Below, one piece after another: positions 19,387 through 28,370 of a stretch of 64,000 bases of DNA. Both the position numbers and the translations under genes were made by a program. Source of the DNA: an uncultured Planctomycetota bacterium. Its GTDB lineage: Bacteria > Planctomycetota > PLA2 > JAEUHO01. The DNA lies in contig CAVVXN010000002.1 in the NCBI GenBank assembly GCA_963752285.1, forward strand, positions 320,001 to 384,000. Reading direction: 5' to 3'. A model generated the notes under the pieces. The model was not told the DNA's origin. It did no database searches and saw nothing but the letters and a program-made list of their open reading frames with translations. How positions within the stretch are numbered: position 1 is the stretch's first letter; every line of letters begins with the position of its first letter.

Positions 19387-20676
19387 GTGTCGAACCGACC
19401 CAACCGAAGCCCCGGGCCGCAGCGCGGGAGCATCCTGATCTGGGCGGTCCTCGCCGTCCTCCTGATCGCGGGGGTCCTCACCCTGGGCAACGAGGGGGAC
19501 CGCGCGATGGACCGCCTGGCGAAGACCCAGGTCGAGTCGCCCGAGCAAGCGCGCGCGGTCGCGGAAGCCGGCCTCGTGGACGCCTACGCCTGGTTTCGCC
19601 GCCAGACCGTTCAGCCGGTCTCGACCTTCGCGCCCCGCCGCGACCTGAGCGCGAGCCCGCCGATCAACGAGACGGACGACCCGTCGGTCGGCCTGGTGCG
19701 CGAGTACGAGATCGCGCCGTACCTCTGGGCGCGGTACGAGGTCCGAAAGGCCCGGCCGGCCGAGCCCTACTCGGACGACAACCAGAACGGGCTCTACGAC
19801 CTGGGCGAGACCTTCACGGACACCGACGGGAACGGCGCGTGGTCGGGGCCTCGGGAGACGCGCGACGTGTCCGAGGAGCGCGGGCAGGTCGGCTCCGGCT
19901 CCATCTGGATGGTCGTGAGCCACGGCATGGTCTTCGCGCGGCCGCGGCGCGACCTCGCGCTCGGCGAGGGGCCCAACCAGCGCCTCGCGATCGCTCGCGT
20001 CGCCACCGAGATCCGGCGCCTCGCCCTGACGCCGCCGGCCGCCGCCGCGCTCTGCTCGAAGACGGCCAACCGGACGACGGTCGGCGCGCGCACGCGCATC
20101 CTCGGCGGGACGGGGGCGGGCATCGTCTACACCTCCGGCACGGGGTCGGTCGCCCTGCTCTCCGGGTCGGAGGTGAAGGGGTCGCCGGCCACCTCGTCCG
20201 TTCCGGGCTACGACGGCAGCGTCTCCGGCGTGTTCGGCGTGAGCCTCGCCGAGCTCAAGTCGATGGCCGACCTCTCGACCAGCGACCCCGCGACGGTACC
20301 GGGCCGCATCGGCGACTACACGCTCGTCGTGCTCGACGGCGACATCACGTTCGACCTCGCGCGCCCGCTGCGCGGGACCGGCATCGTCGTGGTGACCGGC
20401 TCCTGCACGTTGGCGGCGGGCTCGAACTCGTTCTTCAACGGCCTGTTGTGGGTGGGCGGGAACCTCACGGTTCGCGCGCCGGCGTACGTGCGCGGCACCG
20501 TCATCGCGGAGGGCAAGGTCGACGTGCAGGGCGCCGGCGGCGACTTCGTCGAGATCGACCACGACGACGGGATCATCAACGAGCTGCTCGCCGTCATGGG
20601 GCAGTACCGGCACACGAAGGCGATCTACGACCACGACCAGGACCATCTCCAGGACAGCCTCGAGACGGCGGAATGA
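19387..20676 (+). CDS. PilX/GspK-like minor pilin (copy 2, tandem paralog)
   Basis: AAGGAG SD, QRG|SILIWAVL N-terminus; colinear with copy 1 (AEAGLVDAYAW.RRQTVQPV.TFAPRRDLSA.PP.NETDDPS). Confidence 0.75.
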   Translation: MSNRPNRSPGPQRGSILIWAVLAVLLIAGVLTLGNEGDRAMDRLAKTQVESPEQARAVAEAGLVDAYAWFRRQTVQPVSTFAPRRDLSASPPINETDDPSVGLVREYEIAPYLWARYEVRKARPAEPYSDDNQNGLYDLGETFTDTDGNGAWSGPRETRDVSEERGQVGSGSIWMVVSHGMVFARPRRDLALGEGPNQRLAIARVATEIRRLALTPPAAAALCSKTANRTTVGARTRILGGTGAGIVYTSGTGSVALLSGSEVKGSPATSSVPGYDGSVSGVFGVSLAELKSMADLSTSDPATVPGRIGDYTLVVLDGDITFDLARPLRGTGIVVVTGSCTLAAGSNSFFNGLLWVGGNLTVRAPAYVRGTVIAEGKVDVQGAGGDFVEIDHDDGIINELLAVMGQYRHTKAIYDHDQDHLQDSLETAE

Positions 20677-20689
20677 CGGCGGAGGCGAC

Positions 20690-23600
20690 ATGATCCGAAG
20701 TGACGACCACATCCGGGGCTTCAGCCTGATCGAGGTGCTCCTCGCCGCGGCGCTCGTGTTGATCGCGGCGTTGGCGGGTGTCGCCTACGTGACGCGCAGC
20801 GCGCAGCACGCGGACTGGGCGCGCGACAAGGTGTTCGCGCGGCAGAAGGCGGTGTCGATCCTGGCGGAGCTCCGCGCGTACGTGGAGGGTGGCGAGGGCG
20901 AGGTCGCGGCCGACCTCGACGGCTTCGACGACGGCCTCTCCGTCGATCCCTCCCTCACGATCACGCCCGACCCGGGCGACCCGGGCGCGTTCCTTCCCCC
21001 GGACCACCCCCTCTCCGGCAACATCAGCGACAGCAACGTGTGGCGCTGGTTCCGACGGATCACGGTCCGCCGCTTCCCGGGCGTGGACACCCGCGACCTG
21101 AGGATCTGCACGGTCCGCGTGTTCCGCATGCGGCTCGGCGACGTGATGCCGGGCGAGCAGATGGCCGAGGTCTCGTCCGTCATCCGGACGGTCGGGGACG
21201 CCTACCCGACCACGCAGGTCTACGACGTCTACCTGCTGGCCCTCGAGAACGTCCCCGGCTGGTGGGTCTACATGGACGCCATCCAGCCGTTCATCGAGGC
21301 GACCCTCACCGACCTCGAGTCCCGGAACCCCGGGCTCCAGTTCCGGACCCACTGGATCACGAAGCTCGGCTACGGACGCGACCAGGAGTACGCGCCCTAC
21401 ACGAACGAGGCCGTGGACAGCCAGCAGGACACGCCCTGGACGTACGTCTACCCGGGGCGCATGCCCACCGGCGAGTCGGCGCAACGCTACTACGTCGCCG
21501 ACCGCATGGGGGCCCGCGTCAACGTGGATGGCGCTCCCAACCCGAGCTTCGTGCACGACCACTCGGCCAGCGAGCCCTACACCGATACGAACGGGAACGG
21601 GCGCCGCGACGCCGGCGAGCCGTACACCGACGTCAACGGCAACGGCAGCTGGGACGTGGGCGATCCCGTCCCCTATGCCCTGGCCGACATGAACAACCAC
21701 TGCGAGCGCTGGCCCGACGCGAACGCGAAGTTCGAGGCCCGCGTCGCCGCGGGCCAGGACACGGAGGACACGCCGACCTGGCGCCTCCTGCTCGACCGGA
21801 TGAACGCGGAGCCGGATCGCTACCACAACGCGATCCTGATCAACCTCCACGGCGAGCTCGTCCCGGTGCCGCCCGCGCGCAACTACAGCGATGCGGCGAA
21901 GGCGCCGTCGCTCCGGCCCGGCTGGCGCGTCGTGACCCACCCCGAGCTGCTGCGTCCGGCCCGCGTGGCGGGCAACGACTCGGCGTCCGACGCGCCGCGC
22001 TACCGCGTCTATGCGTACAAGACCGAGTTCCAGAACACCGAGGTCCTGATGACCCAGGAGGAGCCGTTCCGCGACATGAACGGGAACGGGACCTGGGACA
22101 GCGGCGAGCCCTACCTGGACTGGAACGGGAACGGCACGCGGGACGTCTCCGTGCCCGCGACGATCTTCTTCCCCGGGGCGAACCTCACGTGGGCGCCGAA
22201 CGCCGCCAGCAACCCGTCGCTCGTCGTGAAGCGTCTGTCCGGCGGCATCGACGGGAACGGCGACGGACAGCCCGACACGTACGTCGACTGGAGCGCGGCG
22301 CCGCACTATCCCGAGGTCTTCACCGACGCGAACGGCGACAAGCTCCGCCAGGTGGCCGAGCCGTGGCTCGACCTGAACGGGAACGGCGTCCGCGACCCGA
22401 CCGAGCCCTACCAGGAGCTGGACGGGGACGGGGCCTTCACCTCCGCCTCCGAGGCGCTCGTCGACCAGAACGGCAACAACGACTGGGACCCCGCGCGTCC
22501 GGCGGAGCCGTTCACCGACATGAACGGGAACGGCAAGTGGGACGGCCCCGAGCCCTACTGGGACGTGGACGGGAACGGCGGGTGGACCCCGCCCACCGCG
22601 CCGGTCTTCCCCTGGGTCCCGTGGAACCCGGCCAACTTCGGCAACGCCGCGGCGACGGCCGCGTACGTGAAGTCGTACGGCGAGCCCTTCCTCGACCTCG
22701 ACGGCAACAAGATCCGCGGAACCGGTGAGCCCTTCTTCGACGCGAACGGAAACGGCGTGCGCGACGGCGGGTTCCAGCGCGGCGAGATGTGGTTCGACGT
22801 GTCCTACGACGCGACCCGCGGCGGCACCGTGGTCCACCTCTACGGGACGCCTCTCGAGACCCCGTACGTGGACAACGCGTCGAACGCCCAGAAGGGCCTG
22901 CCGACGTCCGCCCGTCTGTACGACCTCGACTACGTCCCCTGCCCCACGCCGGACACCGCGGCGGGCACGGACCGGTTCGCGCGGGATCTCTACAGCTCGA
23001 GCAGCTCCAACCCGAAGAACACGGCTCGGTGGACGATCGAGGTCCCCGTGCCCGCGCTGCGCAAGGGCTACGAGACCGGCGCCGGAGCCAACAACGGGGA
23101 CGCGGCGGACCGCATCCTGACGGTCGAGACGCGCATCGGGACCGATCTCTCGACCGGCACGATGTGGCCGACGAAGAACCAGCCGACGAACGTCTCGCGG
23201 GCGTTCTCCTACTACTACGCGAGCCCGGACGACGTCCCGTTCAGCGAGCGCTACCAGTTCCTCGGCGACCCCCGGCACTCGCCGTACGCCGACACCGACG
23301 CGCAGGGCAACACGGCGCGCAACGGCTACAACTGGTACTGGGACGACTTCGTCAACGGCACGTACGACTACCGCTCCAAGTGGCTCGCGTTCGACACCGG
23401 GCGGATGCGCGAGAAGTGGATGGGGCGGAACGCGAACGACGTCCCGCGCCTCTTCCAGTGGCTCCGCCAGGCGCTCGTGAAGACCGAGGCCGTCTACACG
23501 ACGCTCACGGGCTTCTCGTACTACTACATGTCGGTCGGCGGCGACGTCGGCTACGACGACGCGAACGGCTTCCCGAACAGCATCCCGATGGACGGCAAGC

Positions 23601-24820
23601 CGTTCGGGATCTCGGGCGACGTGTACGAGAACACGATCATCGACGGCAACGGCACCTCGTCGATCCGCGGGTCGTACAAGCTCGTGCGCAGCAACGACGG
23701 GGCCGCCGCGAGCATCCGCTCGGGCGGCTACTGGTGGTCGAAGCCCTGGCTCGGCGAGCTCTTCCAGGACTCCGCCTACGCGACCGAGTGGACGCGGTGG
23801 GGGAACCTGCGGGCCAATACGGGCTCGTCCGCCGGCGAGTACCACCTGGTGAAGCGCGGTTCGATCACGGGCAACCAGCAGCCGCGGGGAACGACGCTCG
23901 TGGACTCCTACGCGCGCGTCACCGAGGAGGGGTCCACCTCGATGTTCAACATCGGGAGCTCCTCGAGCACGTTCCACCACCAGTATCAGGACGGTCAGTC
24001 GGGCACGCTCGTCGAGGACGGGCCCCAGCTGGCGCAGAACTACAACTTCCCCATGCCCACGACGGCGGCGATCAGCCGTCCGTTCAGCCTGACGGCGAAC
24101 GGGTCGGGCGGCGTCGGCCCGGAGTTCTCGTACACCGACTCGTATCCGCGCTTCGCGGCGCAGATCGTGCGGCGGTACTACAACCACCAGTCCGGCACGA
24201 CCGGCAGCGCACTCGTGCGGCTCCAGGAGCCGGGCGCCGCCCGCGCCGCGTACATCGTGGTGAACGGCATCGACAAGACGATCGAGTCGGGGTCGGCGTT
24301 CATCGCGCGGTACGCGACGCTCTCGCTGATCCACTCCTACTTCGCCGCGGGCGCTCCGGGGCTGCCCAACCGCGTACACCAGCTGCCGAGGTTGCAGATC
24401 CGGAACCCCACGCTCATCACCGAGCTCGAGGACCCGGTCGCCATCCCGGTCCAGTGGAGCACGGAGTGGAAGCGCTGGGACGGCCTGCCGTACACGAGCA
24501 CCTTCCCCGCGAACTTCGCCGAGAACGAGTCGGACCTCGTCTACGTCCTGTCGTACTCGAAGGACGGCGGTAGGACCTGGCTCAACATGATGGACGACCA
24601 GCCGTCCGAGCTCGGGGTCATGCCGTGGATCAACGGCGTGGGGCCCGATCCCTCGCGCACGCTGAACGACTCCAACTCGGGTGGCGACGAGGTCTGGATG
24701 TGGAACACACCCGTTTCGAAGTTCCCCCAGGGCTCGTACCTGATCCGCATCGAGGGCTACCGGGCCTCCGAGTCGCTGCACTACAGCCAGCACGTGGAGA
24801 AGATCTATGTCAACCGCTGA
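20690..24820 (+). CDS. Giant (1376 aa) prepilin-type protein: PilV/GspI-like N-terminal domain plus large extracellular region with ~13 EP[FY]xDxNGNG repeats
   Basis: RG|FSLIEVLLA type IV prepilin cleavage/methylation motif; Dx[DN]xDG-type repeats; Asn/Thr/Tyr-rich; GGAGG SD. Confidence 0.85.
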   Translation: MIRSDDHIRGFSLIEVLLAAALVLIAALAGVAYVTRSAQHADWARDKVFARQKAVSILAELRAYVEGGEGEVAADLDGFDDGLSVDPSLTITPDPGDPGAFLPPDHPLSGNISDSNVWRWFRRITVRRFPGVDTRDLRICTVRVFRMRLGDVMPGEQMAEVSSVIRTVGDAYPTTQVYDVYLLALENVPGWWVYMDAIQPFIEATLTDLESRNPGLQFRTHWITKLGYGRDQEYAPYTNEAVDSQQDTPWTYVYPGRMPTGESAQRYYVADRMGARVNVDGAPNPSFVHDHSASEPYTDTNGNGRRDAGEPYTDVNGNGSWDVGDPVPYALADMNNHCERWPDANAKFEARVAAGQDTEDTPTWRLLLDRMNAEPDRYHNAILINLHGELVPVPPARNYSDAAKAPSLRPGWRVVTHPELLRPARVAGNDSASDAPRYRVYAYKTEFQNTEVLMTQEEPFRDMNGNGTWDSGEPYLDWNGNGTRDVSVPATIFFPGANLTWAPNAASNPSLVVKRLSGGIDGNGDGQPDTYVDWSAAPHYPEVFTDANGDKLRQVAEPWLDLNGNGVRDPTEPYQELDGDGAFTSASEALVDQNGNNDWDPARPAEPFTDMNGNGKWDGPEPYWDVDGNGGWTPPTAPVFPWVPWNPANFGNAAATAAYVKSYGEPFLDLDGNKIRGTGEPFFDANGNGVRDGGFQRGEMWFDVSYDATRGGTVVHLYGTPLETPYVDNASNAQKGLPTSARLYDLDYVPCPTPDTAAGTDRFARDLYSSSSSNPKNTARWTIEVPVPALRKGYETGAGANNGDAADRILTVETRIGTDLSTGTMWPTKNQPTNVSRAFSYYYASPDDVPFSERYQFLGDPRHSPYADTDAQGNTARNGYNWYWDDFVNGTYDYRSKWLAFDTGRMREKWMGRNANDVPRLFQWLRQALVKTEAVYTTLTGFSYYYMSVGGDVGYDDANGFPNSIPMDGKPFGISGDVYENTIIDGNGTSSIRGSYKLVRSNDGAAASIRSGGYWWSKPWLGELFQDSAYATEWTRWGNLRANTGSSAGEYHLVKRGSITGNQQPRGTTLVDSYARVTEEGSTSMFNIGSSSSTFHHQYQDGQSGTLVEDGPQLAQNYNFPMPTTAAISRPFSLTANGSGGVGPEFSYTDSYPRFAAQIVRRYYNHQSGTTGSALVRLQEPGAARAAYIVVNGIDKTIESGSAFIARYATLSLIHSYFAAGAPGLPNRVHQLPRLQIRNPTLITELEDPVAIPVQWSTEWKRWDGLPYTSTFPANFAENESDLVYVLSYSKDGGRTWLNMMDDQPSELGVMPWINGVGPDPSRTLNDSNSGGDEVWMWNTPVSKFPQGSYLIRIEGYRASESLHYSQHVEKIYVNR
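21570..22770 (+). repeat. Intragenic repeats EP[FY]xDxNGNGxxD (putative Ca-binding)
   Basis: e.g. EPYTDTNGNGRRD, EPYTDVNGNGSWD, EPFRDMNGNGTWD, EPYLDWNGNGTRD, EPWLDLNGNGVRD, EPFTDMNGNGKWD, EPFFDANGNGVRD. Confidence 0.85.
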
Positions 24821-25832
24821 CCGTCCCCGCGGTGCCGTCCCGGGGCGCGCAGCGCGCCGGGGCGTCCGAGGCTTCACGTTCGTCGAGATCACGGTGGCGC
24901 TGGGCATGCTCAGCCTGATGGCGCTGGTCATCGAGCGCACGCTGTCCACGACGAACGACGCCGAGCAGTACCTCGCGACGGTCCGCCGCGTCACCGAGCG
25001 TGGGCAGAAGATCTCGTACGAGGTCTTCGACAGCGTGAGCGCGAGCCGCAAGCTCTTCCAGAACGACGGCGTCGGGCAGGGGTATCTCGCCGCGCTGGAC
25101 CTCTCCCGCGACCCGCTGCTCGCCGGCGCCCGGCTACCGCTGTTCGACGAGATGGGCACGCTCGGCCCGGACCTCGCCGGAGACCCCCACACGGGGAACG
25201 TCCTCCTCTTCGTTCGCGAGGGCGACCCGGCGCCGTGCGTGGCGGACGCCACGACCGAGAAGATCCGCTACATCGACACGTACCGCTTCGTCTGCGTCTA
25301 CCCGCACCTCGAGACGCGCCGTCTCGTCGCGAAGGACCCGCGGAAAGCCGTGGACCTCGTCGTGTGGAGGAGCATCCCGTACCCGAGCTACTCGCAGATC
25401 ATGGCGATCCAGAGCACCGCGGAGCGGAAGTCGGTGGTGGCGGACCTGTACGCGCGCTACGGCACCCAGGTCGCCTGGGACCCGAACGGCGCCGTGGACC
25501 AGGCGTTCTACGCGGTGGACTACCTGGGGACCGTCTCCGGTACCCCCATCTCGAGCCCGCTCGTGGCGGAAGACGTGGACGTCTCCGGACGCGGACGACT
25601 CGTGTACGCCAACGTCCAGCTCGCGCGCACCGACGCGACCTCCTACTACCGGCGTCCGGTCTTCACCATGGACGATCCGGCCAGCTGGGTCCCTGAGGGC
25701 TTCGAGGTGAAGGTGGCGGGCGCGTCCGGGTCGCGGAAGGTCTGGCTCCACGTGGTGGTCGAGGCGCAGGCGACGCCGGGTCGGGTCGCGGTCCACGCCA
25801 ACACGATGATCGCGAGCACGCGGGACCTCTAG
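24807..25832 (+). CDS. PilW/GspJ-like minor pilin
   Basis: RG|FTFVEITVALGML prepilin motif; overlaps the giant pilin stop. Confidence 0.8.
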   Translation: MSTADRPRGAVPGRAARRGVRGFTFVEITVALGMLSLMALVIERTLSTTNDAEQYLATVRRVTERGQKISYEVFDSVSASRKLFQNDGVGQGYLAALDLSRDPLLAGARLPLFDEMGTLGPDLAGDPHTGNVLLFVREGDPAPCVADATTEKIRYIDTYRFVCVYPHLETRRLVAKDPRKAVDLVVWRSIPYPSYSQIMAIQSTAERKSVVADLYARYGTQVAWDPNGAVDQAFYAVDYLGTVSGTPISSPLVAEDVDVSGRGRLVYANVQLARTDATSYYRRPVFTMDDPASWVPEGFEVKVAGASGSRKVWLHVVVEAQATPGRVAVHANTMIASTRDL

Positions 25833-25954
25833 AGGGAGTCCCCCGTCCCCCGGCTCGGGAAGCGAGCGCGCGCTCGTCGTCGGGGCCGAGGCGCCGGGGG
25901 CCGGACGCCCCCCCGCGCCGTGGCGGCGCGCTCCCCCGGCCGTAGGATGCCCTC

Positions 25955-26086
25955 GTGAGCGACGTCCCCCCGATCCCGCCCGTCCCGCCGCGCGATCCGA
26001 GAGGGCTCGTCGGTTGGGGGCTCCTCCTCGCCGGCGCCGTGATCCTCCTCCTCGTGCGGCTCCTCGGCGGGGGCTGCGGCACCTGA
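25955..26086 (+). CDS. 43-aa single-TM micro-protein
   Basis: MSDVPPIPPVPPRDPRGLVGWGLLLAGAVILLLVRLLGGGCGT*; TAGGAT -10 box 6 nt before GTG; GC-rich third positions. Confidence 0.55.
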   Translation: MSDVPPIPPVPPRDPRGLVGWGLLLAGAVILLLVRLLGGGCGT

Positions 26087-26184
26087 GGCTAGGCGCGGGC
26101 CCCCGGGTGGGGCCCAGCGGCACGACCCGCCTTCCTTGCGCGGCCTCGCCGCCGCGACCAGGATGGGCCGCGAGGAGGGAGTCG

Positions 26185-27297
26185 ATGTCCGAGCCCCAGC
26201 CTTCGAGCGCTCCCGAGTCCCGTCGCGAGCTCCACGACGGCGTGTCGGACGGCCTCGTGCCGCTCGAGACGCTGGACCTCGCGGGTGTGGACTCGGTGGA
26301 CGCCCTGCTCCGAGGACTCTCCGCGACCGCTTTCGGGGGACGGGCGCTCGGCGAGGCCGCGGACGTGGTCGAGGCGATGCTTTGCGACCCGGACTGCCTC
26401 GTCGTGCTGACGCTCTCGGGCGCGATGACGATCGCCAAGATGGGCCTCGTCGTCTGCGACATGGTGGACCAGGGCTGGGTACAGGCGATCGTCTCGACGG
26501 GCGCGCTGATGGCGCACGGCTTCGTCGAGGCGACGGGACGCACCCACTTCAAGCACGACCCCGGTCTCTCCGACGACGAGCTGTTCGCGCGAGGCTACGA
26601 CCGCGTCTACGACACGCTGGAGCTGGAGCAGAGCCTGGACGACGTCGAGCCCATCGTCGCGGCCGCCCTGGGCCGCCTGGCTCCGGGCCAGCCCTTCGGG
26701 TCGTACGAGCTGCACGACCTCCTCGGCGCCTGGCTCGCCGCCCACACGGAGGGACGCGGGATCCTGCGCTCCGCCTACGAGCAGCGCGTGCCCGTCTTCG
26801 TCCCGGCCTTCACCGACTCCGAGCTCGGCCTCGACGTGGCCCTCCACGGCCGCCGGTGCCGGAGCCGCGGCGAGGAGCCGCCGCGGTACGACGGCTTCCG
26901 CGACCTCGAGACGTACACGGCGGAGGTCGTGGGCGCTCCGAAGATCGGGATCTTCACGGTGGGGGGCGGCGTCCCGAGGAACTGGGCCCAGCAGGTCGCG
27001 CCGTACCTCGACATCATCGCGAAGCGGCTCCACGAGGAGGTCCCGGCCCGGCGCTTCGCCTACGGGGTGAGGATCTGCCCCGAGCCCGTGCACTGGGGGG
27101 GGCTCTCGGGCTGCACGTACTCGGAGGGCGTCTCGTGGGGGAAGTTCGTCGCACCCCGGGACGGAGGTCGCTACGCCGAGGTCCTGTCCGACGCCACGAT
27201 CGCCTGGCCGCTCCTCTTCCTGGCCGTGCGCGAGCGCCTGGGCGGTGGGAAGGCCCCGGCCCGGTCGTTCGCGTGGAGACTGCCAGCCGCGCGCTGA
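26185..27297 (+). CDS. Deoxyhypusine-synthase-family protein (bacterial; probably polyamine/homospermidine synthesis)
   Basis: SGAM, STGALMAH, PAFTDSELG, GGGVPRNW, GGLSGCTYSEGVSWGK (catalytic Lys present), DATIAWP. Confidence 0.9.
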   Translation: MSEPQPSSAPESRRELHDGVSDGLVPLETLDLAGVDSVDALLRGLSATAFGGRALGEAADVVEAMLCDPDCLVVLTLSGAMTIAKMGLVVCDMVDQGWVQAIVSTGALMAHGFVEATGRTHFKHDPGLSDDELFARGYDRVYDTLELEQSLDDVEPIVAAALGRLAPGQPFGSYELHDLLGAWLAAHTEGRGILRSAYEQRVPVFVPAFTDSELGLDVALHGRRCRSRGEEPPRYDGFRDLETYTAEVVGAPKIGIFTVGGGVPRNWAQQVAPYLDIIAKRLHEEVPARRFAYGVRICPEPVHWGGLSGCTYSEGVSWGKFVAPRDGGRYAEVLSDATIAWPLLFLAVRERLGGGKAPARSFAWRLPAAR

Positions 27298-27304
27298 CCA
27301 GCCA

Positions 27305-27343
27305 TATTAACGCGTTGTCAATAGAATAACCGCGCGTTATGTA
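27305..27343. promoter_or_regulatory. AT-enriched tandem palindromes, candidate operator/promoter
   Basis: AACGCGTT (27309-27316) and ATAAC-CGCGC-GTTAT (27326-27340) flanking TTGTCA; a conspicuously AT-rich patch in this window. Confidence 0.4.
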
Positions 27344-27578
27344 GGCCTGTGTGGGTCCAGATTTTTGCCTTGCCTGGCGCGACGGATCGGTGACACTTCG
27401 GGGGTCGCCCACCGTGTCATTTCGCGGGGGGTAGGCCCTCCAGTGTTGCGGGCGACCCTGAGAATGACCTGCAGGAATCTGCTCCAACCGGATCCCGTCC
27501 AAGAACGTAGGACCTGACCAGAGCCCTCCGGGCGGATCCGGCCCGACTGTCCAAGTTCACCGCTGTACAGAGGCCCAC

Positions 27579-28370
27579 ATGCTGCGACGCTTCCCCCACC
27601 TCTCCCGCCCCGACGTCCTCGAGCGCCGGCGCCCGTTCCCGATCCTCGACCGCGCCTTCGACGCCGTCGAGCGGGTCCTGGCCCGCCTCGGCGTCGAGGA
27701 TCCCGCCTCGCTCCGCTCGCCCCGACCCGTCGAGGACGCGCTGAGCTCGACGGCGCTGCCCGCCGGCACCCTCCTCATCCTCTCCCCCGCGGAGCTCCGC
27801 GCCGCGGAGGTGGACGTCGAGGAGACCGTCAAGGACGAGCGCTCCGGCGGATCGGTCTTCGTGTCGTTGCCCGACGACGGCAATCTCGACGCGAAGAAGC
27901 GGAGCCTCCGCGAGCTCGCCGTGTCCACGCCGACCTACTGTCTCTCCTCGACCGGCGTGCTCCCTCCGGGCTACTCGCGGCTCCGCCCCGTGCGCACGCC
28001 CGAGGCGCTGCGCGGCTATCACATCCTCCTGGCCGACACGCCCGGCTTCCGCGTCGCCGTCGTTCGTCGCCCGCTCCCCGGCGGCGGCTTCATCGCGCTG
28101 TGGACCGGCAACGAGCAGGCGATCAACGAGGTCGGCGACATCCTGCGTCTCCTCGCGGTGGCCTCCGGCCATCAGGTGCCCGCCGCGGCGCCCAGCGTCC
28201 CGCCCCTCGACGGCGTGGACTCCGAGCACGACGTGTGGAAGCAGGCCGCCGACCTCCGCGCCTACCGCGTCGTCCGCGAGGCGGAGCTCCGCGAGATCGC
28301 ACGCCAGGCCGCCTTGAAGGGCGTGGCCATGCGTAGGGAGCGTGAGGCCAACAAGCGCGCCGCGGGCTAA
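27579..28370 (+). CDS. Hypothetical protein, possible stand-alone DICT-like sensory domain
   Basis: HILLADTPGFRVAVVRR...GFIALWTGNEQAINEV resembles the DICT C-terminal signature as I recall it; C-terminal coiled helix. Confidence 0.55.
   Translation: MLRRFPHLSRPDVLERRRPFPILDRAFDAVERVLARLGVEDPASLRSPRPVEDALSSTALPAGTLLILSPAELRAAEVDVEETVKDERSGGSVFVSLPDDGNLDAKKRSLRELAVSTPTYCLSSTGVLPPGYSRLRPVRTPEALRGYHILLADTPGFRVAVVRRPLPGGGFIALWTGNEQAINEVGDILRLLAVASGHQVPAAAPSVPPLDGVDSEHDVWKQAADLRAYRVVREAELREIARQAALKGVAMRREREANKRAAG

Noticed and set aside
17886..24820. Diversity-generating retroelement or shufflon acting on the pilin paralogs/repeats
   Set aside because: No reverse transcriptase or recombinase in the window; copies differ largely at synonymous positions and show no adenine-specific pattern
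20594..25252. 1552-aa minus-strand ORF and the many other long Arg/Ala/Gly/Pro-rich ORFs in the track (e.g. 7137-10790 +, 6502-9570 -, 29905-32523 +)
   Set aside because: Shadow ORFs antisense or out of frame to well-supported genes; expected at this GC content where stop codons are rare
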